Below, one piece after another: positions 21,825 through 32,735 of a stretch of 63,443 nucleotides of DNA. A program made the position numbers and the translations under genes. The notes under the pieces were generated by a model that saw nothing but the letters and a program-made list of their open reading frames with translations, was not told the origin of the DNA and did not search any database. How positions within the stretch are numbered: the first letter of the stretch is position 1; each line of letters opens with the position of its first letter. Source of the DNA: Candidatus Latescibacterota bacterium (lineage in GTDB: Bacteria > Latescibacterota > UBA2968 > GCA-2709665); contig CAXXJS010000023.1 of the NCBI GenBank assembly GCA_963662665.2, positions 1-63,443 of the forward strand, given 5' to 3'.

Positions 21825-22610
21825 TCATGTATCCCGCCGCATCAGGCTGTAACTCTGCGCGGTGGGTCCGACGTGGGGCTGCGTCGCCAGAAAGAGCGCC
21901 ATCGGCACGACGTCTTCGGGAGACTTGAACCACTCGCCTTCGATGTGGAGTACCGCGTCCATATCCGTTTGCACCGGTCCCGGGATGAGCTCGTTTACGC
22001 TGATGTTGTGCTGCCGGAGTTCCTGTGCGAGAACCCGCGTCAACATCCATAGCCCGGCCTTCGAACAGCAGTAGGCCGAACTCTCCGCGAATCCCCTGTG
22101 GCCCATGCCGGAGCCGATGGTGATGATCTTGCCACCGCCCCGCTTCTTCAACGCCGGAATCGCCGCCCTGGCGCAATAGTACGCGCCAAGGAGATTGATG
22201 CGAATGGTCTCTTCCCACGCGGCGGGATCGCCGCTCTCAACTGGACCGTGATCCAGATTCACGCCCGCATTGAGGACCACGATGTCTATCCCGTGGAGTT
22301 CGGCTTCCGCAAATTCAAAAAGCGCCTGTACATCCTCTGGTTGGCGTACGTCCGCCCGAAACGTGACCGCGGTTCCGCCCTCTCCCCGGATCTCCTGTAC
22401 GGTTTCTTCGATCTCGCTTTCGGTCCTCGCCGCACAGCAGACCGACGCGCCTGCACGGGCGTAGCCCAGTGCGATCGCACGGCCGATCCCGCGACCGGCG
22501 CCGGTTATGACAGCGACCTCTCCCTCAAGCGTCCCGCCGCCTTCGTAATGGTATGCGAATTCGGGGTCTCTTGCTTTGCGTTTCTCAACGTATTTCTTGA
22601 GATCACTCAT
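21825..22610 (-). CDS. SDR-family oxidoreductase with an antitoxin-like N-terminal extension
   Basis: TGAGRGIG, LNAG, YCCSK. Confidence 0.9.
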   Translation of the reverse strand: MSDLKKYVEKRKARDPEFAYHYEGGGTLEGEVAVITGAGRGIGRAIALGYARAGASVCCAARTESEIEETVQEIRGEGGTAVTFRADVRQPEDVQALFEFAEAELHGIDIVVLNAGVNLDHGPVESGDPAAWEETIRINLLGAYYCARAAIPALKKRGGGKIITIGSGMGHRGFAESSAYCCSKAGLWMLTRVLAQELRQHNISVNELIPGPVQTDMDAVLHIEGEWFKSPEDVVPMALFLATQPHVGPTAQSYSLMRRDT

Positions 22611-22731
22611 GGATCCGCCCTTGAATTATTCCCAATAGGAATCAATTGAAGTTTTGGAATTGATCGCTCGCTGGGAGCCACGAGAAATTCGACAGGTAAG
22701 ACAAACCAGAGTCTGTTTGGATCCTTGCGCG

Positions 22732-22808
22732 GTCATTGAGCTTGTCGAAATGCCCGCGCGCTGGTACCCATCACGACACCCTTCGGCGACCATTTGACAA
22801 GCTCACGG
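22732..22808. repeat. Degenerate palindromic repeat of the GAGC(C/T)TGTCGAA type
   Basis: TGAGCTTGTCGAAATG ... CATTTGACAAGCTCA; same core as in repeat family C. Confidence 0.55.
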
Positions 22809-22861
22809 AGCGGCTCGGGGCGTGTATCAGCGTGCCGGCTCGGTACCGTGGTAAACCAGAT

Positions 22862-23413
22862 TCACGTCCGGTTTTTTCTCGCCTCCCATTCGCATCGCAA
22901 CAGACCGCTCCACACCGTATTCCTGAATTGCCCTCGCAGGTATTGGTCCTGGCGCAGTACGCCCTCGCGGACCATGCCGAGCTTTTCCATAACCCTGACG
23001 GAACCGGCGTTCTGTTCGTCGGTCGTAGCCTGTATACGATTCAGATCGGGAAACGCGGCAAACGACGCGTCGATCACGGCGCCTGCCGCTTCCGTGATCA
23101 ATCCTTTCCCCCAAAGGTGCCTGGCAATGCTATAGCCAATGGTACCGACGCGATTCTCGAATTCGAATCCGATATTGACGCCGCCGACGGCGGAACCGGC
23201 GTATTCAATCGCCCAGGACACGCGTTTTGTGCGGTCCTGCGACAACTGGTTTGCCAGAAATCCCTCGGCGTCAGCTCTCGTATAGGGTTGGGGAACCGGG
23301 CCAAGATAACGCGCCCATTCCGGATCGGATGCATACGACAGGACGTCCTCAACGTCCTCGAGGCTGTATGGCCTGAGTCTCAACCGGTCTGTTTCGATAA
23401 CTTCCGGGAGCAT
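22862..23413 (-). CDS. GNAT N-acetyltransferase (RimJ/RimL type)
   Basis: IETDRLRLRP, IGYSIARHLWGKGL, NAGSVRVMEKLGM; GAGG RBS. Confidence 0.92.
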   Translation of the reverse strand: MLPEVIETDRLRLRPYSLEDVEDVLSYASDPEWARYLGPVPQPYTRADAEGFLANQLSQDRTKRVSWAIEYAGSAVGGVNIGFEFENRVGTIGYSIARHLWGKGLITEAAGAVIDASFAAFPDLNRIQATTDEQNAGSVRVMEKLGMVREGVLRQDQYLRGQFRNTVWSGLLRCEWEARKNRT

Positions 23414-23537
23414 GTCAAGACCTCGATCGATCGGTCGCGAAAATCGGCACAATCGAAAGGAAAAGCCACCAAACCCTGGGCAACCACAAGGGTTTCCTTT
23501 ACGCAGAATTGGGGAAACACTGTAGATGTCAAACCCG

Positions 23538-24401
23538 TCACACTGCAAATTGGGACTCGATGGCGAGGACAATGTCAGGCGCGTGCTCGTCGAAGCCGTG
23601 ATTCAGGGCAAAGAAGAGGACGAAGAAGAGCTTTCGCTTCGACTCGTAATCCACTCGCGTCCAGAAGTCGTTTCCCAACGGCAATCGATAGGCCTCTGCC
23701 ATATCCTCCGCGAACGGCTTCCCGAACCTGCGGTAGAAGGTGGCGAAATCGGCCGCAGGATCACCGACGCTGATGTCGCCGAAATCTATCACCCCGGTCA
23801 CCTTTGATCCTGATGCGTCAATCAGTACGTTGCTGGTCCCGAAATCCGAATGGGTAACGACGTCCCGATGCGCTGCGGACGCGATTCTCGACACCGCCCG
23901 ATAAAAGTAGCGTTCGGCCTTCTTCCGGGTAACGGGCTGAAGGCGCGGCGGCGCGGCCGGCCACGACTTGCCCCAGAAATCGCCGCCACCGAACGGCGCA
24001 GCCTTGAGATGACGATGCACGAACGGTACGGCGTGGAGACTGGACAGAAAATCGCCCAGAGCCTCCGCGTGTGACGTCCTCTCACGCCGGCCCAGACCCA
24101 GCAATATCGCCTCGGAAAACTTGACACCCTCGATTTTTTAGTAAGCGATGAAGTTGGCGCCTGAGTACCGGATTTCGGGGATCGGAAGAGGTGAATGCTT
24201 CTTGAACAACGGTAGAAAAGCCTGTTCAACGGCAAGCTGCGTATTCGAAGGGTCCCGGACGAAACGGAATATCCACTTCCCGTTAACCTCCAGAACGACA
24301 TGCGTCCAGCCCTCGTCCACCCGAGCGATAGACTCGACGGGGTCCTCTAGAACATCCCGGACGATCGATTCAAGAGTGTGCACGGGTATTGGTCGTTCCA
24401 C
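23538..24401 (-). pseudogene. APH-family phosphotransferase split by in-frame TAA at 24138-24140
   Basis: ...FIAY*KIEGVKF... in one frame; THSDFGTSNVL and GVIDFGD motifs. Confidence 0.85.
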
Positions 24402-24567
24402 CTATCACGGTAGAAAGGGACTGTTTCTCAAGGAGTTGCGGCGGATGGAATTTTCAATCAGGGGCATCCCGATACCGCAAGGCAAGTGCTGTTACTCCTG
24501 GCGCGGCATCTCTTTGCTCAGCCGCAACCATAAGGTCGACGTCAACGCGCAAGCCCGTCTTACGGTT

Positions 24568-24700
24568 CAATCACTCCCCCCTTGAGGGGGAGTCGCAGAA
24601 GCCGAGCCCGTTGCCTGGGCCGTCCCCTGAGCCTGCCTGCTTTAGGCTTATCGAATTGTCGAAGGGTCGGCGACGGCTGATGCGGTGGGGGGATTTCAAC
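24568..24700 (+). repeat. Dispersed palindromic repeat family C, copy 1
   Basis: CAATCACTCCCCCCTTGAGGGGGAGTCGCAGAAGCCGAGCC...GCTGATGCGGTGGGGGGATTTCAAC; other copies at 30415 (-) and 42221 (+). Confidence 0.85.
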
Positions 24701-24750
24701 GCCTAACCGTATGGGAACTGCAAGAAAATTAACGTGTTATCCGTAGAAGA

Positions 24751-26853
24751 CTAAACAAGGTATTGATCGAACCACTTGAGCACGCTTACGTAATAATCCC
24801 TGGTATCCGCAGCCGACCAATTGGTCACAATATGGTCCTCATGCTTGTATTCTCGCATTTCCACCCGTTTGCCAAGTCGCCTGAGACCGAGATATGTCTC
24901 CCGTGCATTCACCGATCCAGGCACATCGTGGGTCCCGCATATTACCAACACCGGCGTCTCGATCTGATCGAATGCAAAGAGCGGCGAGTTCTCAATATAG
25001 GCATCTCGTTTCTCCCAGAGACTTCCACCGTTTCGCGCCTGTTTTCCCTCACACCAGCTCATTCCATTTACTTCTGTAAGATAAGTGCTGGTCATGTTGA
25101 CTCCGTACGGCGCATTGGCAACCGCGGCGCGGAAAACTGTTGTGTGCGTAACCAATGCCATGACGCCATAACCACCATAGCTGTGTCCCCAGACACCGAT
25201 TCGATTCTTGTCGGCAATACCCATTTCTATAGCTTGACTGATAGCGGGTAGTGTTACGCCGACGATCTGATCAATCGGGTTATCGTCTTCCATAATCGAG
25301 TCCGGATATAGTGCGGCATAGCCGGCGCTGGTGAGTAACTGCGCTTCCGAGTGATACCTGTCATGGTTCGAAAAATCACTCCCAGGATAGATAGTTACAA
25401 CCATGGGTAGTCGGTCTTCCGCCAGCGTACCTTTGGGAAGAAATAGAGCCGCCTTCTGGATACGACCATTCGCATCCTTGAATTCTACGGCCTTGCGCAC
25501 CGGTTGAGCCACGTCGCGACGCCAGGGATTGGTCTCAAGTAGTGTCTTTGCCTCCCCACTTTCGAGACAGTACGTATGTACCATCTCGTCAAGTTCGACT
25601 CTGCCACGCGCAAAGACGAATCGTTCGGATGCGGCCAGAGTGAACTCATCAGGGCTCGAATGCGGCGCGGCACAAACTCTGGTCATCTCGCCGGAAACAG
25701 AGTGGATGCGGACGATGTATTTCGAGTCTTCGCCTGTGTCAGTCGCAAGGGCAAGAATATTGCCCCGATCATCCGTATGAAGGACTGACTCTCCATGCCG
25801 TTGTGCAATCGCATTTATCCTCAGATGATTGCCCGTCGAATCCCTCGATAGCTTGCGACTCCCACCCTCCGCAATAGACAGGTGAAACAAAAAACCATCC
25901 TGAAGCCACATAAGGCGCGTACCGTCATCGGTCCACCAGGGTATTTGAAAGTTACCCAGGGACGAAGTAATTTCTGTCACCATTGTCGGCTCAGTTGTTC
26001 CGTCCGCCGGTACGCAATGGAGATGTTGAGGGTCTCCCCACTTTCCACCGGAGACATAGGAAATCGTCTGACAATCCGGCGACCACGAGAAACGACAGGC
26101 ATAAGTGTTGAACGGTACGTTCCTGGCGACCGTATAAGGCTCGCGACCATCAAACGGGACGATATTCACATCGGCAATAACGTGGGGGCGATCTACCGGA
26201 GATGCAATTACATTGAGTGATGCTAAAGCTCGTCCATCAGGAGCCATACGCAGGGCGCCTCGCCCGAGAACGGTCGCTAATTCGGTGACAATGCCTGATT
26301 CTACCTCCAAAATGCCGACGCACGTCTCCATTCCGGGCTGTTCAAAAAATGGGCTATACTGATCTGAGGCTGACCCGCCCGGAGTGTAAGATCGCACAAT
26401 GATGCCGCGGGTTTTAGTGGCGTCATGGGCATTTGGGACCAGCGGTACAATGATGTAGCGACCGTTGGGAGTCCATTGAGGATCGTTAAAACCCCTGGGA
26501 ATCATAGCGTTGGATACAATCGACACTTCGCGTGTCTGTCTGTTCCATAATCCTACACAAGCGTGAGCATCTTGTGCGACGACGTATGCGGCAAGCGTCT
26601 GTCCATCTGGAGACCATCGCCCTGCCCAACTCAATTGCAGATTGGAAAACGGCGCGATGGATTCACCTGTTTCAACGTCTATCAGGACAATATATGCGCC
26701 GTTCGGTCCACCATAATTTGCATCGGAACGGACGCGACACTTCCCCCGACTGAGTGTTACGGCAAGCAATCCGCCATCAGGCGAGAGGTCCCACGGACAA
26801 TTTCTGGTAAACTGGGTGACGTTCAGCAAGTCATCGACAGTGAATGTTCGCAA
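24751..26853 (-). CDS. S9-family (prolyl oligopeptidase/acylaminoacyl) peptidase
   Basis: WSPDG propeller repeats; GHSYGG; D and H of the triad near the C-terminus; GGAGG RBS before TTG. Confidence 0.9.
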   Translation of the reverse strand: MRTFTVDDLLNVTQFTRNCPWDLSPDGGLLAVTLSRGKCRVRSDANYGGPNGAYIVLIDVETGESIAPFSNLQLSWAGRWSPDGQTLAAYVVAQDAHACVGLWNRQTREVSIVSNAMIPRGFNDPQWTPNGRYIIVPLVPNAHDATKTRGIIVRSYTPGGSASDQYSPFFEQPGMETCVGILEVESGIVTELATVLGRGALRMAPDGRALASLNVIASPVDRPHVIADVNIVPFDGREPYTVARNVPFNTYACRFSWSPDCQTISYVSGGKWGDPQHLHCVPADGTTEPTMVTEITSSLGNFQIPWWTDDGTRLMWLQDGFLFHLSIAEGGSRKLSRDSTGNHLRINAIAQRHGESVLHTDDRGNILALATDTGEDSKYIVRIHSVSGEMTRVCAAPHSSPDEFTLAASERFVFARGRVELDEMVHTYCLESGEAKTLLETNPWRRDVAQPVRKAVEFKDANGRIQKAALFLPKGTLAEDRLPMVVTIYPGSDFSNHDRYHSEAQLLTSAGYAALYPDSIMEDDNPIDQIVGVTLPAISQAIEMGIADKNRIGVWGHSYGGYGVMALVTHTTVFRAAVANAPYGVNMTSTYLTEVNGMSWCEGKQARNGGSLWEKRDAYIENSPLFAFDQIETPVLVICGTHDVPGSVNARETYLGLRRLGKRVEMREYKHEDHIVTNWSAADTRDYYVSVLKWFDQYLV

Positions 26854-26872
26854 TGGTCTTATCCCTCCTGGC

Positions 26873-27322
26873 TTACTGCTGTTGGTACCCGTTAAAGACG
26901 ACTGATCGTCTGGATTCTGATATTACCAGATCATCCACTATGCCAGCGCATCTCTGAAAACCGCAGCCGCGCCACACGACAATGTCGCGAAAGCCCTGCT
27001 CTGCCAGCGATTCCAGGACATGATAGACGCACTCTTCGCGCAACGGGTGAGGGATGTGTACGTAGCCCGAACCGAGTCCCCGATGTTCGGGCGTGGGACC
27101 GAATGGCATGGCCGGTAGGACAAGAACCTTTGCACCATAGGCGCGTGCCGCATAAGGCGCAGCCTCCAGGGCAACGGCTTCCGCGAACCAGGTATCGAAA
27201 TCCACCAGCAGATGCGGGCCCTGTTGTTCGGTGCATCCCGTGGGTACGATCGCCGCGCACCCGGCATCAATAAGGTCCCTGAGTTCCAGGTATGTATAAT
27301 CTGTGAATTGGTGTGACTTCAT
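26873..27322 (-). pseudogene. Creatininase-family protein, C-terminally truncated
   Basis: PTGCTEQQGPHL..DFDT, FGPTPEH; only 149 aa, similarity lost after WRGCG. Confidence 0.7.
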
Positions 27323-27343
27323 TATTCCGCACGAGATTCAATT

Positions 27344-27431
27344 GTAGGGGCGCCCCTTGTGGGCGCCCGCCTTTTCAACGATCGCAAGTCGCCACCTCGA
27401 AACCCAGGGCAACCGCAAGGGTTGCCCCTAC
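27344..27431. repeat. GTAG-type REP doublet (REPIN-like)
   Basis: GTAGGGGCGCCCCTTGTGGGCGCCC ... GGGCAACCGCAAGGGTTGCCCCTAC; related singlets at 23478-23502 and 29203-29227. Confidence 0.8.
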
Positions 27432-27488
27432 GCGGGATTGGCGGCTGCGAGGTCTCGACAAACCGTTGTGGAATGACGTTAATTCGTG

Positions 27489-28154
27489 TCAGTCTCCAAC
27501 CTTTTCTTTCCAAATGTCGACCGCATGCCGAAACCCGATTTCCGGGCTGCTGAGGATCGGAATTGAAATTTCAGGGCACAGGTCCGCGGCTCCCGCCATG
27601 GAGGCCTGCGCCAGTACGATGACTTCACCTTCAGACGCGCGCTCGTTTAATGTACGGGCGATTTCGTCAAAATATCCTTCGTTGTCTCCGTCCTCGAGCC
27701 TGCTCCAGGCATTGTCACAGAGAACCTCGATCAGATCAATGCGCTTTTTGCGCGTACTTGCGACTTCAAGAATCAGGTTTCGAGTTGGAGCGAGGGTACT
27801 CTCGAGTGCGGCGGCGATGACGATTCGGGAACCGATTTCGACGGCTCTCTCGGCCATCGGGCGATCGACTCGAATGACCACGCCATCCGTGGTGTCGTTC
27901 GCTCTTTCTGCACTCGCTCCGATTGTGGAACACGTGCAGAGAACCACGGCCGCGCCGTCTTCAACCACGGAGCGGATGCGGCCCTTAATACGTCCATCCA
28001 GGTCTTGGCTGATTCCCTTCTCGCGGGCTTCGGTGAGAAATTCCTCTTCCACAATGTGCTTGACGGGAAATTCCAGATCGGCTTCCTCGATTAGCCGATC
28101 AAAGGCATCGATCAGCACCGGTGTTGTGTGTAGAAGGGCCAGATGTGACTTCAT
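27489..28154 (-). CDS. Asp/Glu/hydantoin racemase-family protein
   Basis: LALLHT, VLCTCSTIG, RVDRPMA, IVLAQASM. Confidence 0.85.
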   Translation of the reverse strand: MKSHLALLHTTPVLIDAFDRLIEEADLEFPVKHIVEEEFLTEAREKGISQDLDGRIKGRIRSVVEDGAAVVLCTCSTIGASAERANDTTDGVVIRVDRPMAERAVEIGSRIVIAAALESTLAPTRNLILEVASTRKKRIDLIEVLCDNAWSRLEDGDNEGYFDEIARTLNERASEGEVIVLAQASMAGAADLCPEISIPILSSPEIGFRHAVDIWKEKVGD

Positions 28155-28281
28155 ACAATGACTTCCTTTCGTTGATAGGTATCGTCCTGCCAGGGGGTCT
28201 AAAAAAATGAACAGTTTACGATTGCGACTATGCTTTTCCTTGAGGCTTCGATGAGGCGCCGAAAATACGACGTGCCGACGG

Positions 28282-28890
28282 TCACGCTCCCTTAATAATC
28301 CGTTTCAGCAACTCAGGGTTCCGTCTCTGCAGTTCCAGAAGCCTGGCGGCCGTTCCCACCGGCTTCACGCTGGCGGAACGCGGAATTCGCACCCGTTCCT
28401 TGAGGATTCCGCCCTGCGCCTCGAGGCGTTCGACGGTGAAAGATTCCGTGGCGAGTTCGTAGAATAGATCGGGACTCAAGGTCGCGATGGCCGAGAGATC
28501 GCCCGCCGCCGCCTGCCCGATCGTATGGCCGGCGTACACCGCGACCACCGCACCGGGGACAAATCCCGGATCGTTTCCTTCCCACAGGAACTGCACGCCT
28601 GCCGGAACGCTTCCCGGCGGAAGCGGTGACGCGTTTCCTTCCGGGTCTATCGAAAAGGGATGCGTCGAACGATCGACCGCGACGCTGCAGCCGATTTCTT
28701 CCATCGCCTCCCTCTGCAGCGCGTCCTCCAGAGACTCGCCATCCTCAATCGTGCCGCCGATGCAACTCATGCCAATCTCCACGACCCCATCCGGCGCACG
28801 CTTCCATTTCGCCTGTTTCTGAAGTTCGAAGAGAAAGCCATTCTTCTCTCCAAGGATGATCGCAACGCCTATGATCAGAACGTCTGACAT
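28282..28890 (-). CDS. NUDIX hydrolase
   Basis: GGTIEDGESLEDALQREAMEEIG. Confidence 0.85.
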   Translation of the reverse strand: MSDVLIIGVAIILGEKNGFLFELQKQAKWKRAPDGVVEIGMSCIGGTIEDGESLEDALQREAMEEIGCSVAVDRSTHPFSIDPEGNASPLPPGSVPAGVQFLWEGNDPGFVPGAVVAVYAGHTIGQAAAGDLSAIATLSPDLFYELATESFTVERLEAQGGILKERVRIPRSASVKPVGTAARLLELQRRNPELLKRIIKGA

Positions 28891-29339
28891 GTCTTAGACC
28901 GGTTAGCTTGTTATCTGTCATAATTTCTGCGACGTTGCCGTGGAATTCCCGGAAGAACCCGGTCGATTTGACGTCACGATCCGGCAATTCCTGAGATCAC
29001 CTGATGTGAACGGAAAGGCAACGCATTTGAACTTGGCTGATTCCCCATTTCCTGCAGATAGCCAAGGCTGTCGATCGCTTGTTATTGTAGGCCACGGTAC
29101 GCTTTGTACGTCACAGCCATCGGCCTGGTGATCGTGCAGCAAACTACCAGTTTGCTCTACCTGATCAAGCGTCCTCAACACTGAATCGCCCTCCGTCGCC
29201 TTGTACGGGCGTCACTTGTGGGCGACCGCCTTCGGCGGTGGTAGGGGTTCTCCTCAGCATTTTTCGGCAAATTGGCAACGGATTTTTAACGAATTGAGTT
29301 CCGCCGCATTGACGCGACGTCGGGTGACGGGTGTTCTGC

Positions 29340-29777
29340 TCACAACATTCCTTGTCTGATCAATTCTCTTGCGCCCGGACCGGTCTGGACCCTGTAGTGC
29401 GTTCCCATTCTGTCCGAAAAGAAGTCCTTGATGCGTTCCAACTGTTTCGGTACGGTGTTCCTCGGGATACGATCCAATCGAAAGTATTCGATCCGGTCCG
29501 CCTCGTTCGTGAGCCTGACCGCGCCTCCGGTGACCCGGCAGAAGAACGAAAATACAATCTCGTTCCTGTCCGGCTTGCTGTAGACGCCGCTGAGATGGAC
29601 GGGCGCCGCTTCCAGACCCGTTTCTTCCTCTATCTCCCGCACGAGCGCATCCCACGGACTCTCGCCTTCTTCCACGCCGCCGCCGGGCAGGTTCCACAGA
29701 TCGAAATCGCGCCGGTGGCACAGCAGGACGCGGTCCTCTTCATCGGTGATGATTCCGAATACGCCGACCCTGAACAC
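29340..29777 (-). CDS. NUDIX hydrolase
   Basis: PGGGVEEGESPWDALVREIEEETG. Confidence 0.92.
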   Translation of the reverse strand: MFRVGVFGIITDEEDRVLLCHRRDFDLWNLPGGGVEEGESPWDALVREIEEETGLEAAPVHLSGVYSKPDRNEIVFSFFCRVTGGAVRLTNEADRIEYFRLDRIPRNTVPKQLERIKDFFSDRMGTHYRVQTGPGARELIRQGML

Positions 29778-29779
29778 GA

Positions 29780-30352
29780 TCAGGTACCTTCCATGAAAAA
29801 GCGTAAATATCCCAATTCGGCATCGGATATACCGAGACTGTCAAGTTCGCCTATCGGAATAAATGCCGCCGAATCCTCGTAGTCGTCATGGATCATTGAA
29901 TCCGGCAAATACTCGGTAGCATAAGCCGCATAGACGATTTGAAAAAAGTGAGGATGGGGAAACCGGTACCCCGTCGGTTTCGGCCCAAGATGCTCCAGGT
30001 GGATGAATCCCAGCCGCGAGACCGCTTCAATCGTCCAGCCTGTCTCCTCCGCAACTTCCCGGAGAAGCGTATCTTCGAAAGTTTCACCCTCTTCGTGCCG
30101 GACGCCCGGCAGTATGTGATTCCCTTCGCGATTGCTGAGCACGAGAACGGAATCGTCCTTAACAACGAGACATCGAACAGACGTTACAAGCTGTTCCGGC
30201 GGCTGTTCGTCGGAAACGTAATAGCGCAGACGCAGAGGAAGCTTGCCGTCGGCCCACCGGGTTTCCGATTCGCAAAACGGCGTCTTGCCGACCAGCAATG
30301 CACGCATTTCGTCGTCAGGATTCAATCGACGACCCATTGGCATTGGAGTCAA
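29780..30352 (-). CDS. NUDIX hydrolase (start uncertain)
   Basis: PGVRHEEGETFEDTLLREVAEETG. Confidence 0.85.
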   Translation of the reverse strand: MTPMPMGRRLNPDDEMRALLVGKTPFCESETRWADGKLPLRLRYYVSDEQPPEQLVTSVRCLVVKDDSVLVLSNREGNHILPGVRHEEGETFEDTLLREVAEETGWTIEAVSRLGFIHLEHLGPKPTGYRFPHPHFFQIVYAAYATEYLPDSMIHDDYEDSAAFIPIGELDSLGISDAELGYLRFFMEGT

Positions 30353-30414
30353 ACCGTAAGCCTTCTACGCAAAACGCGACCACGTTTTTTCAGGTCGCCT
30401 GCACGCGTTTGGGG

Positions 30415-30510
30415 GTTGAAATCCCCCACCGCATCACCCATCGCCTGCCCTTCGACAGGCTCAGGGACCGGCTCGGCTTCTGCGACTCCCCCTCAAGGGG
30501 GGAGTGACTG
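30415..30510 (-). repeat. Repeat family C, copy 2
   Basis: Reverse-complement match to 24568-24700, including CCCTTCGACAGGCTCAGG. Confidence 0.85.
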
Positions 30511-30657
30511 GACAGTCAATCGGTCTCGCGCGTTATCTTGCAACCATTTGAGTGCCGCTGAACGACACGAAGCCATATCAGGTCTTTATTGATAGGAGTG
30601 GTAGATATCCGCCCGGTCTACGGACCCATATCCCGATGCTTCAACCCGAGAAATTCG

Positions 30658-31176
30658 TCAAATAAAGTCGAGATACATGCGGCTGGGCTGAATGCCCCTG
30701 TTGTTCTGGTATTTCGCGCTCTTGTAGGTTTCGAAATCGCCATCCAGCGTATGGTAGTAGATCTGGCAAATTTCAACGTTGGGATAGATCCGGACGGGAT
30801 GGATGCAGAACATCTCCAGCGTCCAGTAGCCGGCGAAACCCACGTCGCCGAAACCAGCGGTGACGTGTACAAACAGCCCCAGCCTGCCCACCGACGAGCG
30901 CCCCTCGAGCATGGGGACGTGGTTATCAGTTCTGGTGAATTCAGCCGTTCGACCGAGATAGAGTTTACGGGGTTGCATCTCGAACCCTTCGCCGGGAATT
31001 CGAATGGACCGCGTGGGACTTTTCTTCTTCATATCGAGAACGTCGTCCTCGTACATCACGAGTTCATCGGCCAGTGAGAGATTGTAGCTGTTCGGATTGA
31101 GCCTGGCCGGATCAAACGGCTCTATGGTGATATCCTTTCCAATTCGCTCCTGGATCATCTTTCCCGATAGGATCAT
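30658..31176 (-). CDS. dcd: dCTP deaminase
   Basis: MILSG, LNPNSYNL, GRSSVGRLGL, DVGFAGYWTLE, ICQI, KYQN. Confidence 0.95.
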   Translation of the reverse strand: MILSGKMIQERIGKDITIEPFDPARLNPNSYNLSLADELVMYEDDVLDMKKKSPTRSIRIPGEGFEMQPRKLYLGRTAEFTRTDNHVPMLEGRSSVGRLGLFVHVTAGFGDVGFAGYWTLEMFCIHPVRIYPNVEICQIYYHTLDGDFETYKSAKYQNNRGIQPSRMYLDFI

Positions 31177-31756
31177 TTCGTGGGTCCCTGTTGTGTCTGC
31201 AAGAGCAACATGCGGCGCAAGTCCGCGGTGGAATGAGAAATATCGTCAAGGTCGACGATATGTGGATATACCATTTTCAGTAACCTCGAAAAAAGTTATG
31301 CAGATATCTTTCTCTTTAGGTCAGTTGCGGATTAACATACGTATGCGACCGTGTTCAATGGTGTTTTTCGATCAGGCGTCCGTAACCCGCGGGTACATCA
31401 ATTCATCTCTTTTTGTTGGTATATACCTTGCAGAAAGCGGCGGAATTCATTATGTATAAGGGTGAACGCGGACGCAGCACCGCGTACGGACCCCGCTGGC
31501 GCAGACAACGTTGGGAGCGTGCATGCGCCGGTTGGACTTCCTGTATTCATTACACGCGGATGCGGGGCTCGCGCTGTGTACACCAGCATTCCGCCCTGTG
31601 AATCAACCGCGGTATGCGCGATTCCTGGATGCGCCATTCACGGCAGCATCAACCCTGTAATAAACACAGGCTTCAATCAACCAGCCAGAAAAATAACGGT
31701 TCCCGGCGGGACGCACCGGGGACCCTACCGTTCACCCTAATATGGGAGATCATCGG

Positions 31757-32560
31757 ATGACCAGACTTTTCTCGGGTCTTTCCCTCGCCCTGCTCCTCTG
31801 CATCGGCCTGACCGCATGCGGGGAAAGCGAAGTGGAGAGACAGAAACGGGTAATCGCGCAGAAGGAAGCCAGCATCGACTCGCTCTCAACCGAGGTGGGA
31901 AGCGCACAGGCCGAACTCGTCACCCTGAAGACACAACTGGACAGCCTCACCAAGTTCGAGATGCTCTTGCAGGAGAAGAACCAGCAACTCCAGAAGGAAG
32001 TCAAGAAATACCGCGCTATTGCTGCGCAGCGCAAGCGCAAGAACGAAGAGTTGCAGCAGGCAATCGCCCAGCTAGAGGAGGAGAAGAAAGCCGACACGGC
32101 CAAAATCGACCGGCTGCTCACCGAATCGGACAGCCTCAGCGCAGCCCTGCGCGTTCAGAGAGACGTCACCATGAAGCTGACGCAGGACCTGGATGCGGCA
32201 AACAAGGATATCGAAGAAACACAGGAGAAACTCGACCAGGCCAAGAACGCGGTACGTGTGGTGGTTGGCACCGAGGATCGTCTCAAGGCAGACGGATTCC
32301 TGGAAACGGGCCGGCGCTTCTTCCGCAAAGGATACAAGCTTGTCCAGAAACCCGGTCACGACAACCTGAAAGTTACGCTCTTCTCCGTCGGCGAAGGCCC
32401 CACACTGTATCGAGGGCAGAAACTGAAGGAGTTGATTGGCCGTTCCGGCAAGCTGAACAAAGACAAGGACTATACGGTCAGGTTGAGCGCGGACGGCACG
32501 CACATCACTCTGGTCAATGAGCTCCTGAAGGGAGAGGCCGTGCTCGTAGTGATCGAATAA
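31757..32560 (+). CDS. Coiled-coil lipoprotein of unknown function
   Basis: GGGAGA RBS; LTAC lipobox; long heptad-rich region. Confidence 0.85.
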   Translation: MTRLFSGLSLALLLCIGLTACGESEVERQKRVIAQKEASIDSLSTEVGSAQAELVTLKTQLDSLTKFEMLLQEKNQQLQKEVKKYRAIAAQRKRKNEELQQAIAQLEEEKKADTAKIDRLLTESDSLSAALRVQRDVTMKLTQDLDAANKDIEETQEKLDQAKNAVRVVVGTEDRLKADGFLETGRRFFRKGYKLVQKPGHDNLKVTLFSVGEGPTLYRGQKLKELIGRSGKLNKDKDYTVRLSADGTHITLVNELLKGEAVLVVIE

Positions 32561-32636
32561 CCATTCGTTCGATCTACACCCGTTAGGCCGGCCAGTTTTC
32601 GCCTAACCAATTCATCCATCGACACGCCAGATAAAC

Positions 32637-32677
32637 CCGGGCAACCCTCAGCGCATCACCCTGTGAGGGTTGCCCGG
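32637..32677. terminator. Probable terminator between convergent genes
   Basis: CCGGGCAACCCTCA / TGAGGGTTGCCCGG, 14-bp stem. Confidence 0.6.
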
Positions 32678-32735
32678 ATTTGTATGCAGGGTACAGCGGC
32701 AATCGCTGTCCCGCTATGGCCTCCAGCGCATCTCT

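Noticed and set aside
28900-29190. Lower-GC segment as a gene relic
   Set aside because: No frame gives a recognisable family
31700-31726. GGTTCCCGG-CGGGACGCA-CCGGGGACC hairpin as a c-di-GMP riboswitch
   Set aside because: Only the GGGACGCA word matches; the rest of the aptamer is absent
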